From Planctomycetota bacterium (GTDB lineage: Bacteria > Planctomycetota > UBA1135 > UBA2386), in assembly GCA_016713175.1 (NCBI GenBank), contig JADJPQ010000009.1, positions 249,652 through 313,651 on the forward strand: a stretch of 64,000 bases of DNA. The letters run 5' to 3'. This document shows positions 33,388 through 42,606 of this stretch, one piece after another. The notes beneath the pieces are model-generated. The model did not search any database. It was not told the origin of the DNA and saw only the letters and a program-made list of their open reading frames with translations. Each line of letters opens with the position of its first letter. The stretch's first letter is position 1. A program made the translations under genes and the position numbers.

Positions 33388-34143
33388 TCAGCGCCGCGGT
33401 GGACGCGGCGCGCACACCGACGCCGGCAGTGGCGCCGGTCGGACCACCAACCGCGGCAGCGGCATCAGGCCGAGCTGATCCAACAGTTCGCCGATCGCGC
33501 GGTGACCTGCCGCGGTGTGGCGGATCAGCAACAAGCCATTCTGATCGTCGATTGTTGCCGCGTCGGCCCACGCATCGGGCGTGACGTTCTGCTTGATCAA
33601 GCGCTCGACCAGTTCGGCGGTGAAGCCGCTGACCGTCGTGCCCGAGTCCTCCTCCGGCGGGAACAGCACCTCGCCGCCGTCCTCGCCGAGACCGAGCTTC
33701 GGCCCCGGGAAGTTCTTCAACCGGACAAACTGCGATCGCAGGTTGTAGGCCACCAGATACGTCAGGGGTCGGACCTCGTCCTTGCCGACCAGGAACACGA
33801 CGCCGTCGCGCCAGACGAAGCGCAGGCCGGTGCGCGCCTGGGTCGCCGCCATCACCGACCACGGCGTGGTCTTGCCGAGCGCGAGGTCGAACGCTGGCGT
33901 CGTCGCCGCGTCGCCCTTGCCGGCGAACAGGAACGTCAGTTTGTCGCCGGTCATCGCCGACAGCTGCCGACACAGTTCCTTCGCTGTGATCGCTTCGATC
34001 GTGAAGTCGACGCGCGTGCGCTTCAGCAGCGCCGTGGCCCGATCGCGGGCGCGTTGATCCTCGCGTTTCTCGACCACCAGAACCTCGTCTTGCGCCGCGA
34101 CGGCAGCGGCCAGCCAGAGTCCCAAGAGGCATCGTGCGAACAT
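33388..34143 (-). CDS. Secreted hypothetical protein, possibly secretin-N/STN-like domains
   Basis: Signal peptide MFARCLLGLWLAAAVAAQ; IKQNVTPDAW and LLIRHT..HRAIGELLDQL segments. Confidence 0.6.
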   Translation of the reverse strand: MFARCLLGLWLAAAVAAQDEVLVVEKREDQRARDRATALLKRTRVDFTIEAITAKELCRQLSAMTGDKLTFLFAGKGDAATTPAFDLALGKTTPWSVMAATQARTGLRFVWRDGVVFLVGKDEVRPLTYLVAYNLRSQFVRLKNFPGPKLGLGEDGGEVLFPPEEDSGTTVSGFTAELVERLIKQNVTPDAWADAATIDDQNGLLLIRHTAAGHRAIGELLDQLGLMPLPRLVVRPAPLPASVCAPRPPRR

Positions 34144-34234
34144 GCCCCCATGGTAGCCATCGTCTGCTTCCCCGGTGGCGCCGTGCCCGCTACCCTGGCC
34201 GCCCCATTTTCGAGCGCAGCCAGGAAATCCGCCC

Positions 34235-36259
34235 ATGAGCTTCTCGCACGCAGGTCGCACGCTTCGCAAGGTCGCCGTGATCGGCAGTGGCCAGATCGGT
34301 CCGGACATCGCCCTCTACTTCAGCAAGGTGTTGTCACCGGATGGCGTCAAGATCGTTGTCGTCGACGTCGCCGCGGACGCGATCGCCAAGGGCCGCGGCA
34401 AGTTCGAGAAGAAGGTGCAGAAGGGCGTCGAGAGCGGCGCGTTCACGCCGGAGCAGCAGCAGCAGATGAATGCGGCGATGACCTGGACCACCGACTACCA
34501 GGCGATCGCCGGCGCCGATCTGGTCGTCGAGGCAGCAACCGAGAACAAGGACCTGAAAGGGCGCATCTTCACGCAGGTCGAAGCGCTGGTCGGCGAGGAC
34601 GCGATCCTGGTCAGCAACAGCAGCCATCTCGAGCCCGAGGTGATCTTCGCCGCCAGCAGGAAGAAGGACCGCACCGGCGTCGTGCACTACTTCTTCCCGG
34701 CCGAACGCAACCTGATGGTCGAGGTGGTGCCGGGCAAGGACACCGCGGCGGCGACGACGCGCTGGCTGATGTCGTTCTACGAGGCGATCGGCAAGGTGCC
34801 GATCCAGGTGAAGTCGCGCTACGGCTACGCGCTCGATCCGGTGTTTGAAGGCCTGTTCTACGCCTGTGCGCTGCTGGCCGAGGCCGGGATCGGCACCACC
34901 AAGCAGATCGACCAGGTCTGTCGGCAGACGTTCAAGATGGGCGTCGGTTCGTTCACGGCGATGAACCTGACCGGCGGCAATCCGATCACCGCGGTCGGGC
35001 TCGACAACTACACGACCAAGATCAACGCGTGGTATCGCACGCCGCAGTCGCTCAAGGACAGGGTCGCGCAGAAGGCCAACTGGGAAGTTCCGGGCCGCGA
35101 CGAGAAGATCGAAGTTCCGGAGGCGCTGGCCGCGCAGATCCGCGATGCCCTGCTCGGCGCCTACTTCGGCATCTGCGGCGAAGTGCTCGACGCCGGCCTG
35201 TGCACTCTGGCCGACCTGAACCTCGGCATCGAGACTGCGCTCGACATGAAGCCGGCGTTCACCTACATGAACGAGATCGGCACCGCCAAGGCTTTGGCGC
35301 TGGTACAGGCCTATGCGAAGTCGCAGACGGGCTTCCCGGTGCCGCGCTGCATCGAGGAGCACGGCCGCAGCAACAAGCCGTTCGAGATCCCGGTGGTGCT
35401 GCGCGACGACCGCGACGGCGTGGCGGTGTTGACGATCCGACGGCCGAAGGTGCTCAACGCGCTCGACCAGGGCGTGTTCGAGGAACTGCGCACGCGCTTC
35501 CAGCAGTGCGCCGCCGATCCGAAGGTGGCAGGCATCGTGTTGACCGGCTTCGGCAAGAAGGCCTTCGTCAGCGGCGCCGACGTCAACTTCCTGGCCAAGA
35601 TCACCGGCCCGGCCCAAGGCGAACAGACGTCTCGCGCTTCGCAACTGTGTGTCGATGCCATCGAAGACGTGCAGAAGCCGACGGTCTGCGCGCTGAACGG
35701 CCTGGCGTTCGGCGGCGGCATCGAGACCGCGATGGCGTGCGAAGTGCGGATCGCCCGAAAAGGCCTGAAGGTGCTTGCCGGGCAGCCGGAAGCCAATCTG
35801 GGGATCATCCCCGGCGCTGGCGGCACGCAGCGATTGCCGCGCCTGATCGGCATCGAGGCGGCAGCCGGAATGCTGCGCACGTGCCGGCCGGTCTCTTCGG
35901 AGCAGGCGTGCAAGCTCGGCCTGATCAGCGAGGAGGTCGACGGTGACCTGGTGGACCGGGCGATCGCGATCGCCAGGGAACTGGCAGCCGGCAAGAGGAA
36001 GCGCCAGAAGCTGGCGATGGGTCCGATGGCCAACGTGCCGACGTCCCTGCCGACAGTCGAGATCGGTCATCTGTCGCGCAGAGTCGACGAGATCCTGGGC
36101 AAGGCGATCCTCGGAGGTGCCCGGATGGAACTGCGCGCCGGCATTGCGTTCGAAGCGAAATGCTTCGGCGAGGTCTGCGGCACCGAGGACATGCGGATCG
36201 GCGTCGACAACTTCGTCAAGAACGGCCCGAAGGCGAAGGCCGCGTTCGTCCATCGGTGA
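34235..36259 (+). CDS. 3-hydroxyacyl-CoA dehydrogenase / enoyl-CoA hydratase fusion (HADH-ECH order)
   Basis: VAVIGSGQIG, VVEAATEN, His-Glu (HYFFPA..VEVV); C-terminal NALDQ, AFVSGADV, GGGIE, PEANLGIIPGAGGTQRL. Confidence 0.9.
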   Translation: MSFSHAGRTLRKVAVIGSGQIGPDIALYFSKVLSPDGVKIVVVDVAADAIAKGRGKFEKKVQKGVESGAFTPEQQQQMNAAMTWTTDYQAIAGADLVVEAATENKDLKGRIFTQVEALVGEDAILVSNSSHLEPEVIFAASRKKDRTGVVHYFFPAERNLMVEVVPGKDTAAATTRWLMSFYEAIGKVPIQVKSRYGYALDPVFEGLFYACALLAEAGIGTTKQIDQVCRQTFKMGVGSFTAMNLTGGNPITAVGLDNYTTKINAWYRTPQSLKDRVAQKANWEVPGRDEKIEVPEALAAQIRDALLGAYFGICGEVLDAGLCTLADLNLGIETALDMKPAFTYMNEIGTAKALALVQAYAKSQTGFPVPRCIEEHGRSNKPFEIPVVLRDDRDGVAVLTIRRPKVLNALDQGVFEELRTRFQQCAADPKVAGIVLTGFGKKAFVSGADVNFLAKITGPAQGEQTSRASQLCVDAIEDVQKPTVCALNGLAFGGGIETAMACEVRIARKGLKVLAGQPEANLGIIPGAGGTQRLPRLIGIEAAAGMLRTCRPVSSEQACKLGLISEEVDGDLVDRAIAIARELAAGKRKRQKLAMGPMANVPTSLPTVEIGHLSRRVDEILGKAILGGARMELRAGIAFEAKCFGEVCGTEDMRIGVDNFVKNGPKAKAAFVHR

Positions 36260-36310
36260 CCGCGGCGGCCAGAGGTCGGCGGTATGCTGTCTCGCCGCCC
36301 CACCACCCCG

Positions 36311-37363
36311 ATGCGCATCGCCAACTGGTCCGTGCTGCCCTTGCTGGCAGCCATGTCATCCGCTCAGACCACCCTCACGATCGCTTGCGATCGCGACAAC
36401 ACGCTCTACCAGAGCACCAACGGAACGCTCAGCAACGGCAGCGGCAGCTACCTGTTCTTGGGCCGCGATGGCAACAACACCAGGAAGCGCACACTGCTGC
36501 ACTTCCCGACCACCGCGATCCCGGCCGATGCCCGTTTGCTGCGCGTCGAGCTAGAGCTGAATGTGTCGCGCACCGCCGCGTTCGCCAACCTCGGCATCGA
36601 TGTGCACCAGGTGGTGGCCGACTGGGGCGAAGGCTCGTCCAACGCCGCTGGCGAAGAGGGGCGTGGCACGACGGCGACCAGCGGCGATGCGACGTGGTTG
36701 CACCGGCGCTACCCGAACATGCCATGGACGACGGTTGGCGGCGACTTCGTCTCACTGCCGAGCGCCAGCGTCGCAGTGCCGCCGTTCGGGGCGGCGTTGT
36801 TCAGCAGTGCCGGCATGCTGGCCGACGTGCAATCGTGGCGTGACACGCCAGCGAACAATCATGGCTGGCTGTTGAAGAGCGACGAAGCCGTCGCCTATGC
36901 CACGCGCCGCTTCGAGAGTCGAGAGAACGCGACGACCATCTGGCGTCCAGTGCTCCGAGTCACGTTCGTCCGACCCGGGCAGTCGGCGGCGACCGGCGCC
37001 GGCTGCGTCGGTGCTGGCGGCCAGCCGTTCGCGTTGACGATCGGTGGTGCACCGCAGAGCGGTGGCTCGATCACGATCACCCACGGCAACGGGGTGCCTG
37101 GAGCAATGGCGGCGAACCTGCTGGCGCTGGTCTGGGATGGTGCCTCGCTGCCGGTCTGGTCTGGCTGCAATCTGTTGCTGCCGCCACCGGACCTGGTGAC
37201 GCACAACCTGCTGAACCTGGATGGGAGTGGCGGCAGCGCCACCAACCTGCCGATTCCACCTGGGTTCACCGGGACGCTGTTGGCGATGCAGGCGGCGGCG
37301 CTCGATCCGGGGATCGCCACCGGGTTCGTGCTGTCGAACGCCGGCGTGATCATCGTACAGTAG
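36311..37363 (+). CDS. Secreted DNRLRE-domain protein with a Gly/Pro-rich C-terminal beta domain
   Basis: Signal peptide; DRDNTLYQ, RTLLHF, WGEG, NHGWLLK, RRFESRE, PVLRVTF. Confidence 0.7.
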   Translation: MRIANWSVLPLLAAMSSAQTTLTIACDRDNTLYQSTNGTLSNGSGSYLFLGRDGNNTRKRTLLHFPTTAIPADARLLRVELELNVSRTAAFANLGIDVHQVVADWGEGSSNAAGEEGRGTTATSGDATWLHRRYPNMPWTTVGGDFVSLPSASVAVPPFGAALFSSAGMLADVQSWRDTPANNHGWLLKSDEAVAYATRRFESRENATTIWRPVLRVTFVRPGQSAATGAGCVGAGGQPFALTIGGAPQSGGSITITHGNGVPGAMAANLLALVWDGASLPVWSGCNLLLPPPDLVTHNLLNLDGSGGSATNLPIPPGFTGTLLAMQAAALDPGIATGFVLSNAGVIIVQ

Positions 37364-37395
37364 CCGCGAGACGAGTGCCGCCGGCCGGTTCGCGA

Positions 37396-38595
37396 TCAGG
37401 GCGCGGCAACCACGAGTCTGGAGCCATCCGGATCGAACTTGCGGATCGGCAGGGAACGCCACTCGCCGTCCGCGCGCACTTCGAACTCCGCTGATTCGGC
37501 GACGGCCTGAACACTCGCGAAGCCATCGGCGTCGGTCTGCGCGATGCCGCGTCGCAGGCCGGCAAACGAACTGGCGACATACGCCCGGGCCACCGGTGTG
37601 CCGTTCTCCTGCACGACCTGCAGTCTTCGACTGCTGGTGGAGCGGAGCTGGACGTCGCAGTCGACGACGGCATCCTGGATGTCGACCGGCTGCACGTTGC
37701 CGCAAGCGCCGCGCCAGGCGAACACGAACAACTCGTAGTTTCCCAACGGCAGCCCAGACATCCGGAACGACCCGTTGTCGGTCGTGGTCACGAAGCGGCG
37801 GAAGCCATTGCCGGTGATGCGCAGTGGCACCCCGCCGACCGGTTGTCCGACGGGATCGCGGACCGTGCCGCGCAGCATCGCGGCGCGATCGACCACCAGA
37901 TCCGGCAGCGGCACGATTCCGCGGTTCCTGGAAGCTTGGAACGGTTCGGCGGTGGCGCTGAAACCCGAGCCGTCGGGCCCACCCTCGACGTGGCAGAGCA
38001 GCGTCGCCGGACCAGCCGGCAGAGCGATTTTGTAGCGCCCCAGCTCGTCGGTGATGGCAAGTTCTCCGGTCTCTCGCACCTGGACCGTGGCAGCGGCCAG
38101 CGGCTTGCCGGCGTGATCGCCGACGATGCCCTCGCCGAACAGGGTGGCTGGCTCCGGTGAGGGCGGGGCGTCGAGCGGGGGATCCCACGGTGCGGCCGGT
38201 TCGAGGGCGAGTACCACGGGTTCTCGCATGGCGGCGAATGCGCGCAGCAGCGCGGCGCGATGGCCGTTCGCCGCCACGGTCAGATCCGCGGTCGGCTGTC
38301 GCAGCAGGAACTGGAAACGGCCGTCGGCATCGGTCCGCGTCCCTTCGCCTCCGGGCGCGCGCACGTCGGCCCCGACGATCCGGAATCCGAGCGTGTCCAG
38401 AACAGCGCCCTGCAACAGCGCAGTGGTCGAGGGCACGGATCGCGGCGCCTTGTCTGAACGGACCACCACTGGTTCGTGCGGCCGCGTCCGCGGCTCCGAA
38501 CGGCCGACACGGAGGTGCCCGCTGGCCGTGAATCCGATGAGGATCACACCAGCCCAGAGCACCACGTAGAACGACGGGCGACGGACCAACCGCAT
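37396..38595 (-). CDS. Carboxypeptidase-regulatory-like (prealbumin-fold) repeat protein, N-terminally anchored
   Basis: Repeated G.V.D..G..I.GA.V...TD..GRF/Y units; N-terminal TM. Confidence 0.75.
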   Translation of the reverse strand: MRLVRRPSFYVVLWAGVILIGFTASGHLRVGRSEPRTRPHEPVVVRSDKAPRSVPSTTALLQGAVLDTLGFRIVGADVRAPGGEGTRTDADGRFQFLLRQPTADLTVAANGHRAALLRAFAAMREPVVLALEPAAPWDPPLDAPPSPEPATLFGEGIVGDHAGKPLAAATVQVRETGELAITDELGRYKIALPAGPATLLCHVEGGPDGSGFSATAEPFQASRNRGIVPLPDLVVDRAAMLRGTVRDPVGQPVGGVPLRITGNGFRRFVTTTDNGSFRMSGLPLGNYELFVFAWRGACGNVQPVDIQDAVVDCDVQLRSTSSRRLQVVQENGTPVARAYVASSFAGLRRGIAQTDADGFASVQAVAESAEFEVRADGEWRSLPIRKFDPDGSRLVVAAP

Positions 38596-38664
38596 GCTGG
38601 CAGTATACGAGTGATCCGCTTGGCGAGGCCCGGATAAGTCATCGGGTGGGCCGGCAGCAGGACC

Positions 38665-39213
38665 TCAGGCGCACCAGCGTTGTTCGAGCCCGGACAGCAA
38701 CGGCAGCCATTCTTCGCGCGAACTGCGGTCGTGCTGAATCGCAGCGAACGCATTCGGCCAGTCGAGGCGGTCATCCGCCGGCACGCGTGTCATCGCGACC
38801 GCGAAAAGCCCATGTTCTTCCAGGTCCACCATGCGTTCGCAGAGTCCGGCAAGGGACTGGACGGCATCGGCGAAGCCTGCGCATTCGGCCGGAGTCAGAT
38901 CCCCACTCGGTTCCCAGAACAGCACCAGCGAGTGCACGATGGAAAGCGCCTCATCCTGCAGCCGCAGCGCGAGCCCGACCTGTTCGGCGTCGTGGTCGGA
39001 GCCGTGCATCGCAATGGCGGGGAACACCACCTCGCCTTCCTTCCGGAAGTGCACGGCGACGACGAACTCACGCAGGTAGCGAATGGCGCTTGCGCAGTCA
39101 GCGACCGGGAACTCACCGCCGAGTGCGACATGGCGGGCCATCGCGAGCAGCGACACCAGGAGCCTGCGCACGTCGGCATGCTCGTCGCGCAGGGTCTGCG
39201 TTGGCTGGGTCAT
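38665..39213 (-). CDS. Hemerythrin/HHE-like domain protein (degenerate)
   Basis: TLRDEH, HFRKEGEVVFP, LEE..LF; start chosen at ATG 39213. Confidence 0.65.
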   Translation of the reverse strand: MTQPTQTLRDEHADVRRLLVSLLAMARHVALGGEFPVADCASAIRYLREFVVAVHFRKEGEVVFPAIAMHGSDHDAEQVGLALRLQDEALSIVHSLVLFWEPSGDLTPAECAGFADAVQSLAGLCERMVDLEEHGLFAVAMTRVPADDRLDWPNAFAAIQHDRSSREEWLPLLSGLEQRWCA

Positions 39214-39360
39214 CCAGAGTCTTGGCCGCGAGATGCCGGACCGGTGCATGGGAAGGCAACCAACTTCCGTCCTGCCCCCAAAGTTTCGGCACAGGGGCTT
39301 CATGGGGTTGAAGTTGCCCCTGCGACGACGACTCCCCAGACTTTCGTGTTGCGTTAGGTT

Positions 39361-39394
39361 GAACAAAAAGCTAACGTGCTAACAAAACCTGAAC
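39361..39394 (+). promoter_or_regulatory. Candidate operator: GAAC-N7-TAAC and TAAC-N7-GAAC
   Basis: GAAC 39361, TAAC 39372, TAAC 39380, GAAC 39391; same spacing as the repeats in front of lexA. Confidence 0.45.
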
Positions 39395-39408
39395 ACGGAG
39401 CCACAAGC

Positions 39409-39663
39409 ATGACCACGGCCATTTTCCCGCAAAGCCCTCAGTTTGCTGCTTCAACCGCCAGTGTTGCGAAGAGGCGCAGGGTGCCGCTCGTCGGGGCTCG
39501 GCCGGAAGCCCGAATCGCGGCCGTAGTCGCGCCGGCACAGGTTGCCATCTGCGACGTGGCCGCGCCCCATGGCTTTGCGGCAAAACGAGTTGGCTATGCG
39601 CTCGAGACGGTCGCCGCAGGTATCATGATCGCGGGCTACTTGGTTCTGGCCTTGTTCGGGTAG
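39409..39663 (+). CDS. Small hypothetical protein with C-terminal TM helix
   Basis: 84 aa; GGAG RBS 39397-39400; C-terminus VAAGIMIAGYLVLALFG. Confidence 0.6.
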   Translation: MTTAIFPQSPQFAASTASVAKRRRVPLVGARPEARIAAVVAPAQVAICDVAAPHGFAAKRVGYALETVAAGIMIAGYLVLALFG

Positions 39664-39751
39664 CCCGCCTGCTGGCCTGCCATCGACCGCTCGATGCGCA
39701 GCCGGTGGGACTGCGCAGCCCAGTGGGACATCGCCGCCGGTCAGCACGAAC

Positions 39752-39777
39752 GAACGACAAACCAACGGAACGCGAAC
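39752..39777 (+). promoter_or_regulatory. Candidate LexA operator: GAAC-N7-CAAC-N7-GAAC
   Basis: 11-bp periodic half-sites at 39752, 39763 and 39774, just upstream of RBS AGGAGG (39782-39787). Confidence 0.5.
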
Positions 39778-39792
39778 GATCAGGAGGTTCTC

Positions 39793-40416
39793 GTGGAGCT
39801 GATGCTTACGGAGAAGCAGATTCGAGTGTTGCGGTACTTTCGCGACTACCGTCGCGAACGCGGTATCGCACCAACTCTGGACGAAGCGGCGCAAGCGCTC
39901 GGGGTCAGCAAGATCACCGTTCACGAACACTTGAAGCAGTTGACCAAGAAGGGCGCCATTCATCGCGACCGGGCCAAGGCTCGCGCTGTCGCGATCCTGC
40001 TCGACCCGGATGCGGTCGCCGAGCCGCGCACGGCTGGGATGCCGACGTTGCCGTTGGTGGGCATGATCGCGGCAGGTCGCCCGATCGAAGCCGTGGAGGG
40101 TCGTGAGGATCTCAGCCTGTATGACCTGGTTCCGACCGGCGACAACATCTACCTGTTGCGGGTTCGCGGCAAGTCGATGATCGAGGACCACATCGACGAT
40201 GGTGATCTGGTCGTGGTCGAGCGCTGTGAGACAGCGCGCGATGGCGACATCGTCGTTGCGATCCTGGCCGACGAGGAGGCCACGCTGAAGCGGTTCTACC
40301 GCGAGCGCAATGGCCTGATCCGGCTGCAACCCGCGAATGCCGCGATGGAGCCGATCTTCACCGCGGAGGTGCAGGTCCGCGGTGTCGTCCGCGGTGTCAT
40401 CCGCCGCTTCCGCTGA
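39793..40416 (+). CDS. lexA: SOS repressor LexA
   Basis: LTEKQIRVL wHTH, Ala-Gly cleavage site (IAAGRP), catalytic Ser (GKSM) and Lys (TLKRF). Confidence 0.95.
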   Translation: MELMLTEKQIRVLRYFRDYRRERGIAPTLDEAAQALGVSKITVHEHLKQLTKKGAIHRDRAKARAVAILLDPDAVAEPRTAGMPTLPLVGMIAAGRPIEAVEGREDLSLYDLVPTGDNIYLLRVRGKSMIEDHIDDGDLVVVERCETARDGDIVVAILADEEATLKRFYRERNGLIRLQPANAAMEPIFTAEVQVRGVVRGVIRRFR

Positions 40417-40443
40417 CCCTGAACCAGGCAACCCTGAACCAGG
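40416..40443 (+). repeat. 13-bp direct repeat ACCCTGAACCAGG x2 (15-bp period)
   Basis: 40416-40428 and 40431-40443, immediately after the lexA stop. Confidence 0.8.
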
Positions 40444-40456
40444 TAGACGTGGGCCG

Positions 40457-40726
40457 ATGGATGAGCCGCACGAACCTCCACAACCGCTGCCGCCGCCAGG
40501 CCGTGTGCAGAAAGGGCCGTTCGTGACCTGCTGCAATCCCGGCAAGTACGCGTGGTGCCGGTGCCAGCGGAGCCAGTCGTTTCCTTACTGCGACGGAACG
40601 CATCGCGGGACTCCGGCCACACCACTCAAGGTCGTCTTCGACGCGACCACGACGGTGATCTGGTGTGCCTGTGCCTGCACCAAGACCCCACCGTTCTGTG
40701 ATGGATCACACGCGCGGTTGGTCTGA
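40457..40726 (+). CDS. CDGSH iron-sulfur domain protein (two motifs, MiNT-like)
   Basis: CRCQRSQSFPYCDGTH and CACACTKTPPFCDGSH. Confidence 0.88.
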   Translation: MDEPHEPPQPLPPPGRVQKGPFVTCCNPGKYAWCRCQRSQSFPYCDGTHRGTPATPLKVVFDATTTVIWCACACTKTPPFCDGSHARLV

Positions 40727-40731
40727 AGGAT

Positions 40732-42606
40732 TCATTCCGGTCTCGTGCCGCTCGTAGGCTGCTCCCCGCTGCCGGGTAACGTCACCGGCGATGGGCCGGG
40801 ACCCGGCGCCGACTTGCGAGAACTGCGATCCGGCCAGTCCAACCATTGCCGTCGCAACCGCACGGCAGGTTCGGGCGCCGCATCGAGAACCTCGAGCCCG
40901 ATCGTGCCGACTGGTGGTTCGGTTGGCGTGACCACACGCTCGAGGATTCGACCACGCGACGCGATCAGGACGCGGAGGCTCCTGCCCACCGCGGCGATCG
41001 TGCCAAACACCTCGGACCAGGAAGCGGACTGAACGCGAATCCCATCCAAGCCGAGAATCTCGTCGCCGGGCGCCAGCCCGGCGGCAAGAGCGGGTCCATC
41101 GTCGTTGACGAAACTGATCCTCGTCGAGTCGTCGGCGAAGGCGAGCCCAAGGTACGGCCGGTCGCGGTCGCGGTTCGTCAATTCGATGCCGAACGACAGC
41201 AACAACGGTCGCAGTTCCGGGTCCAGACTGCCCCGAACCAGCGAATCGACCGTGGTTGCCATGTCGCGACGAGCGGCTTCGGACAACGCCGCCACGACAT
41301 CGGCATGAGTGTAGCCACGCCCGGCAAGGAACGTCGTCCGGTACAGGATGCGCAGGGCGTCGTCGAGGCTCGCACCGCCGTCGGTGGCCTGGCGTATCAT
41401 CAGGTCGAGAACCAGCGCGGCGATCGAGCCGTTGACGTAGTAATTCTGCGTCGAGTTGCGCGTGTTCTCGTCGGGGCGATACAGCCGGATCCAGGCATCG
41501 AAACTCGAATCTGCCAGCGACTGCTTGAAGCGGCCCATCGAACCGAACACGGTGCCGATGCTCTTGGCCAGCAAGGCCAGGTAATCACTGCGCGAGATCA
41601 CGCCGGCGCGCAGACACAGCAGGTCGTCGTAGTACGCCGTGAAGCCTTCGGCGAGCCACAGCATCGGCGTGTAGTTCTCGACTTCGTAGTCGTAGTCCCA
41701 CAACTCGCGCGGTCGCATCCGCTTCACGTTCCAGACGTGGAAGAACTCGTGGGCGCACAGCGACAGGAACTGTTGGTATCCCTTGCCTGGCCGCATCGCC
41801 GTGCGCGCGGCCAACAGCGTCGTCGAATCGGCGTGCTCGAGGCCGCCGTGGCCACTCTCGGTGAACAAGCAGTGGAACTGGTAGCTTGCGTACGGCAATT
41901 GGCCGCCGAACACGTCACTGGCACGCTCGAGGATTGCGGTCAGGTCGTCGAGGAATGACGCCGGCGCGCACACCCCGTTCAGGCCCTCGAGGATCACGCT
42001 GTGCGGAACGCCGCGCAGCAGCCAGTCGAGCCTGGTGAAGACTCCAGCCAGGCACGGCGAATCCATGGCGTGATCGAGGTCGTTCGCCGACAACACGATC
42101 TCGTCGCGATGGGCGGCCGGGCCGTCGATCCGCGACAGGCTCGTCGCGAGTTGCCAGCCGGCTGGCAACAGCAGCGTGATCCTGGCCTTGCAGTCGCGTT
42201 GGCCGAGCGGCCAGAGCAGGACGCAGGCGTGGTTCCAGTACGCATGTTCTGGCGTTACGTCCGCGGTCCGGACCGACAGTTCGTGGGCGTAGACCTGGTA
42301 GGTGACGCGGATGCGGCGGACTTGTCCTGGCAGCGTCAATCGGAACCGGTTCTTGCTCACCTTCTGACACGGAATCGCGACGCCGGTGTGCGCGTCGGCG
42401 GCGGTCACTGCACTCAGATGGCGCGCATACTCGCGGATCAGATAGCTGCCTGGGGTCCAGGTTGGCAGGAACAAGGTCGCCTCGCCATCGGCAAGACCGG
42501 CAACCAAGGTATCCCGGCCGCATTCGAGCGTGACCAGGATCCGTCGCCGTTCGGGAGCTCGGAGGTCCAGCCTGAAGCTGAGTGGTTCCAAGGTCTTGGA
42601 TGGCAC
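40732..42606 (-). CDS. M61 family metallopeptidase with PDZ domain
   Basis: PTWTPGSYLIREY, GGLEH, HEFFH.WN.KR, WLAEGFTAYY, YYVNG, PDZ (AGLAPGDEI); start is GTG 42606 (inside tRNA) or TTG 42591. Confidence 0.92.
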   Translation of the reverse strand: MPSKTLEPLSFRLDLRAPERRRILVTLECGRDTLVAGLADGEATLFLPTWTPGSYLIREYARHLSAVTAADAHTGVAIPCQKVSKNRFRLTLPGQVRRIRVTYQVYAHELSVRTADVTPEHAYWNHACVLLWPLGQRDCKARITLLLPAGWQLATSLSRIDGPAAHRDEIVLSANDLDHAMDSPCLAGVFTRLDWLLRGVPHSVILEGLNGVCAPASFLDDLTAILERASDVFGGQLPYASYQFHCLFTESGHGGLEHADSTTLLAARTAMRPGKGYQQFLSLCAHEFFHVWNVKRMRPRELWDYDYEVENYTPMLWLAEGFTAYYDDLLCLRAGVISRSDYLALLAKSIGTVFGSMGRFKQSLADSSFDAWIRLYRPDENTRNSTQNYYVNGSIAALVLDLMIRQATDGGASLDDALRILYRTTFLAGRGYTHADVVAALSEAARRDMATTVDSLVRGSLDPELRPLLLSFGIELTNRDRDRPYLGLAFADDSTRISFVNDDGPALAAGLAPGDEILGLDGIRVQSASWSEVFGTIAAVGRSLRVLIASRGRILERVVTPTEPPVGTIGLEVLDAAPEPAVRLRRQWLDWPDRSSRKSAPGPGPSPVTLPGSGEQPTSGTRPE

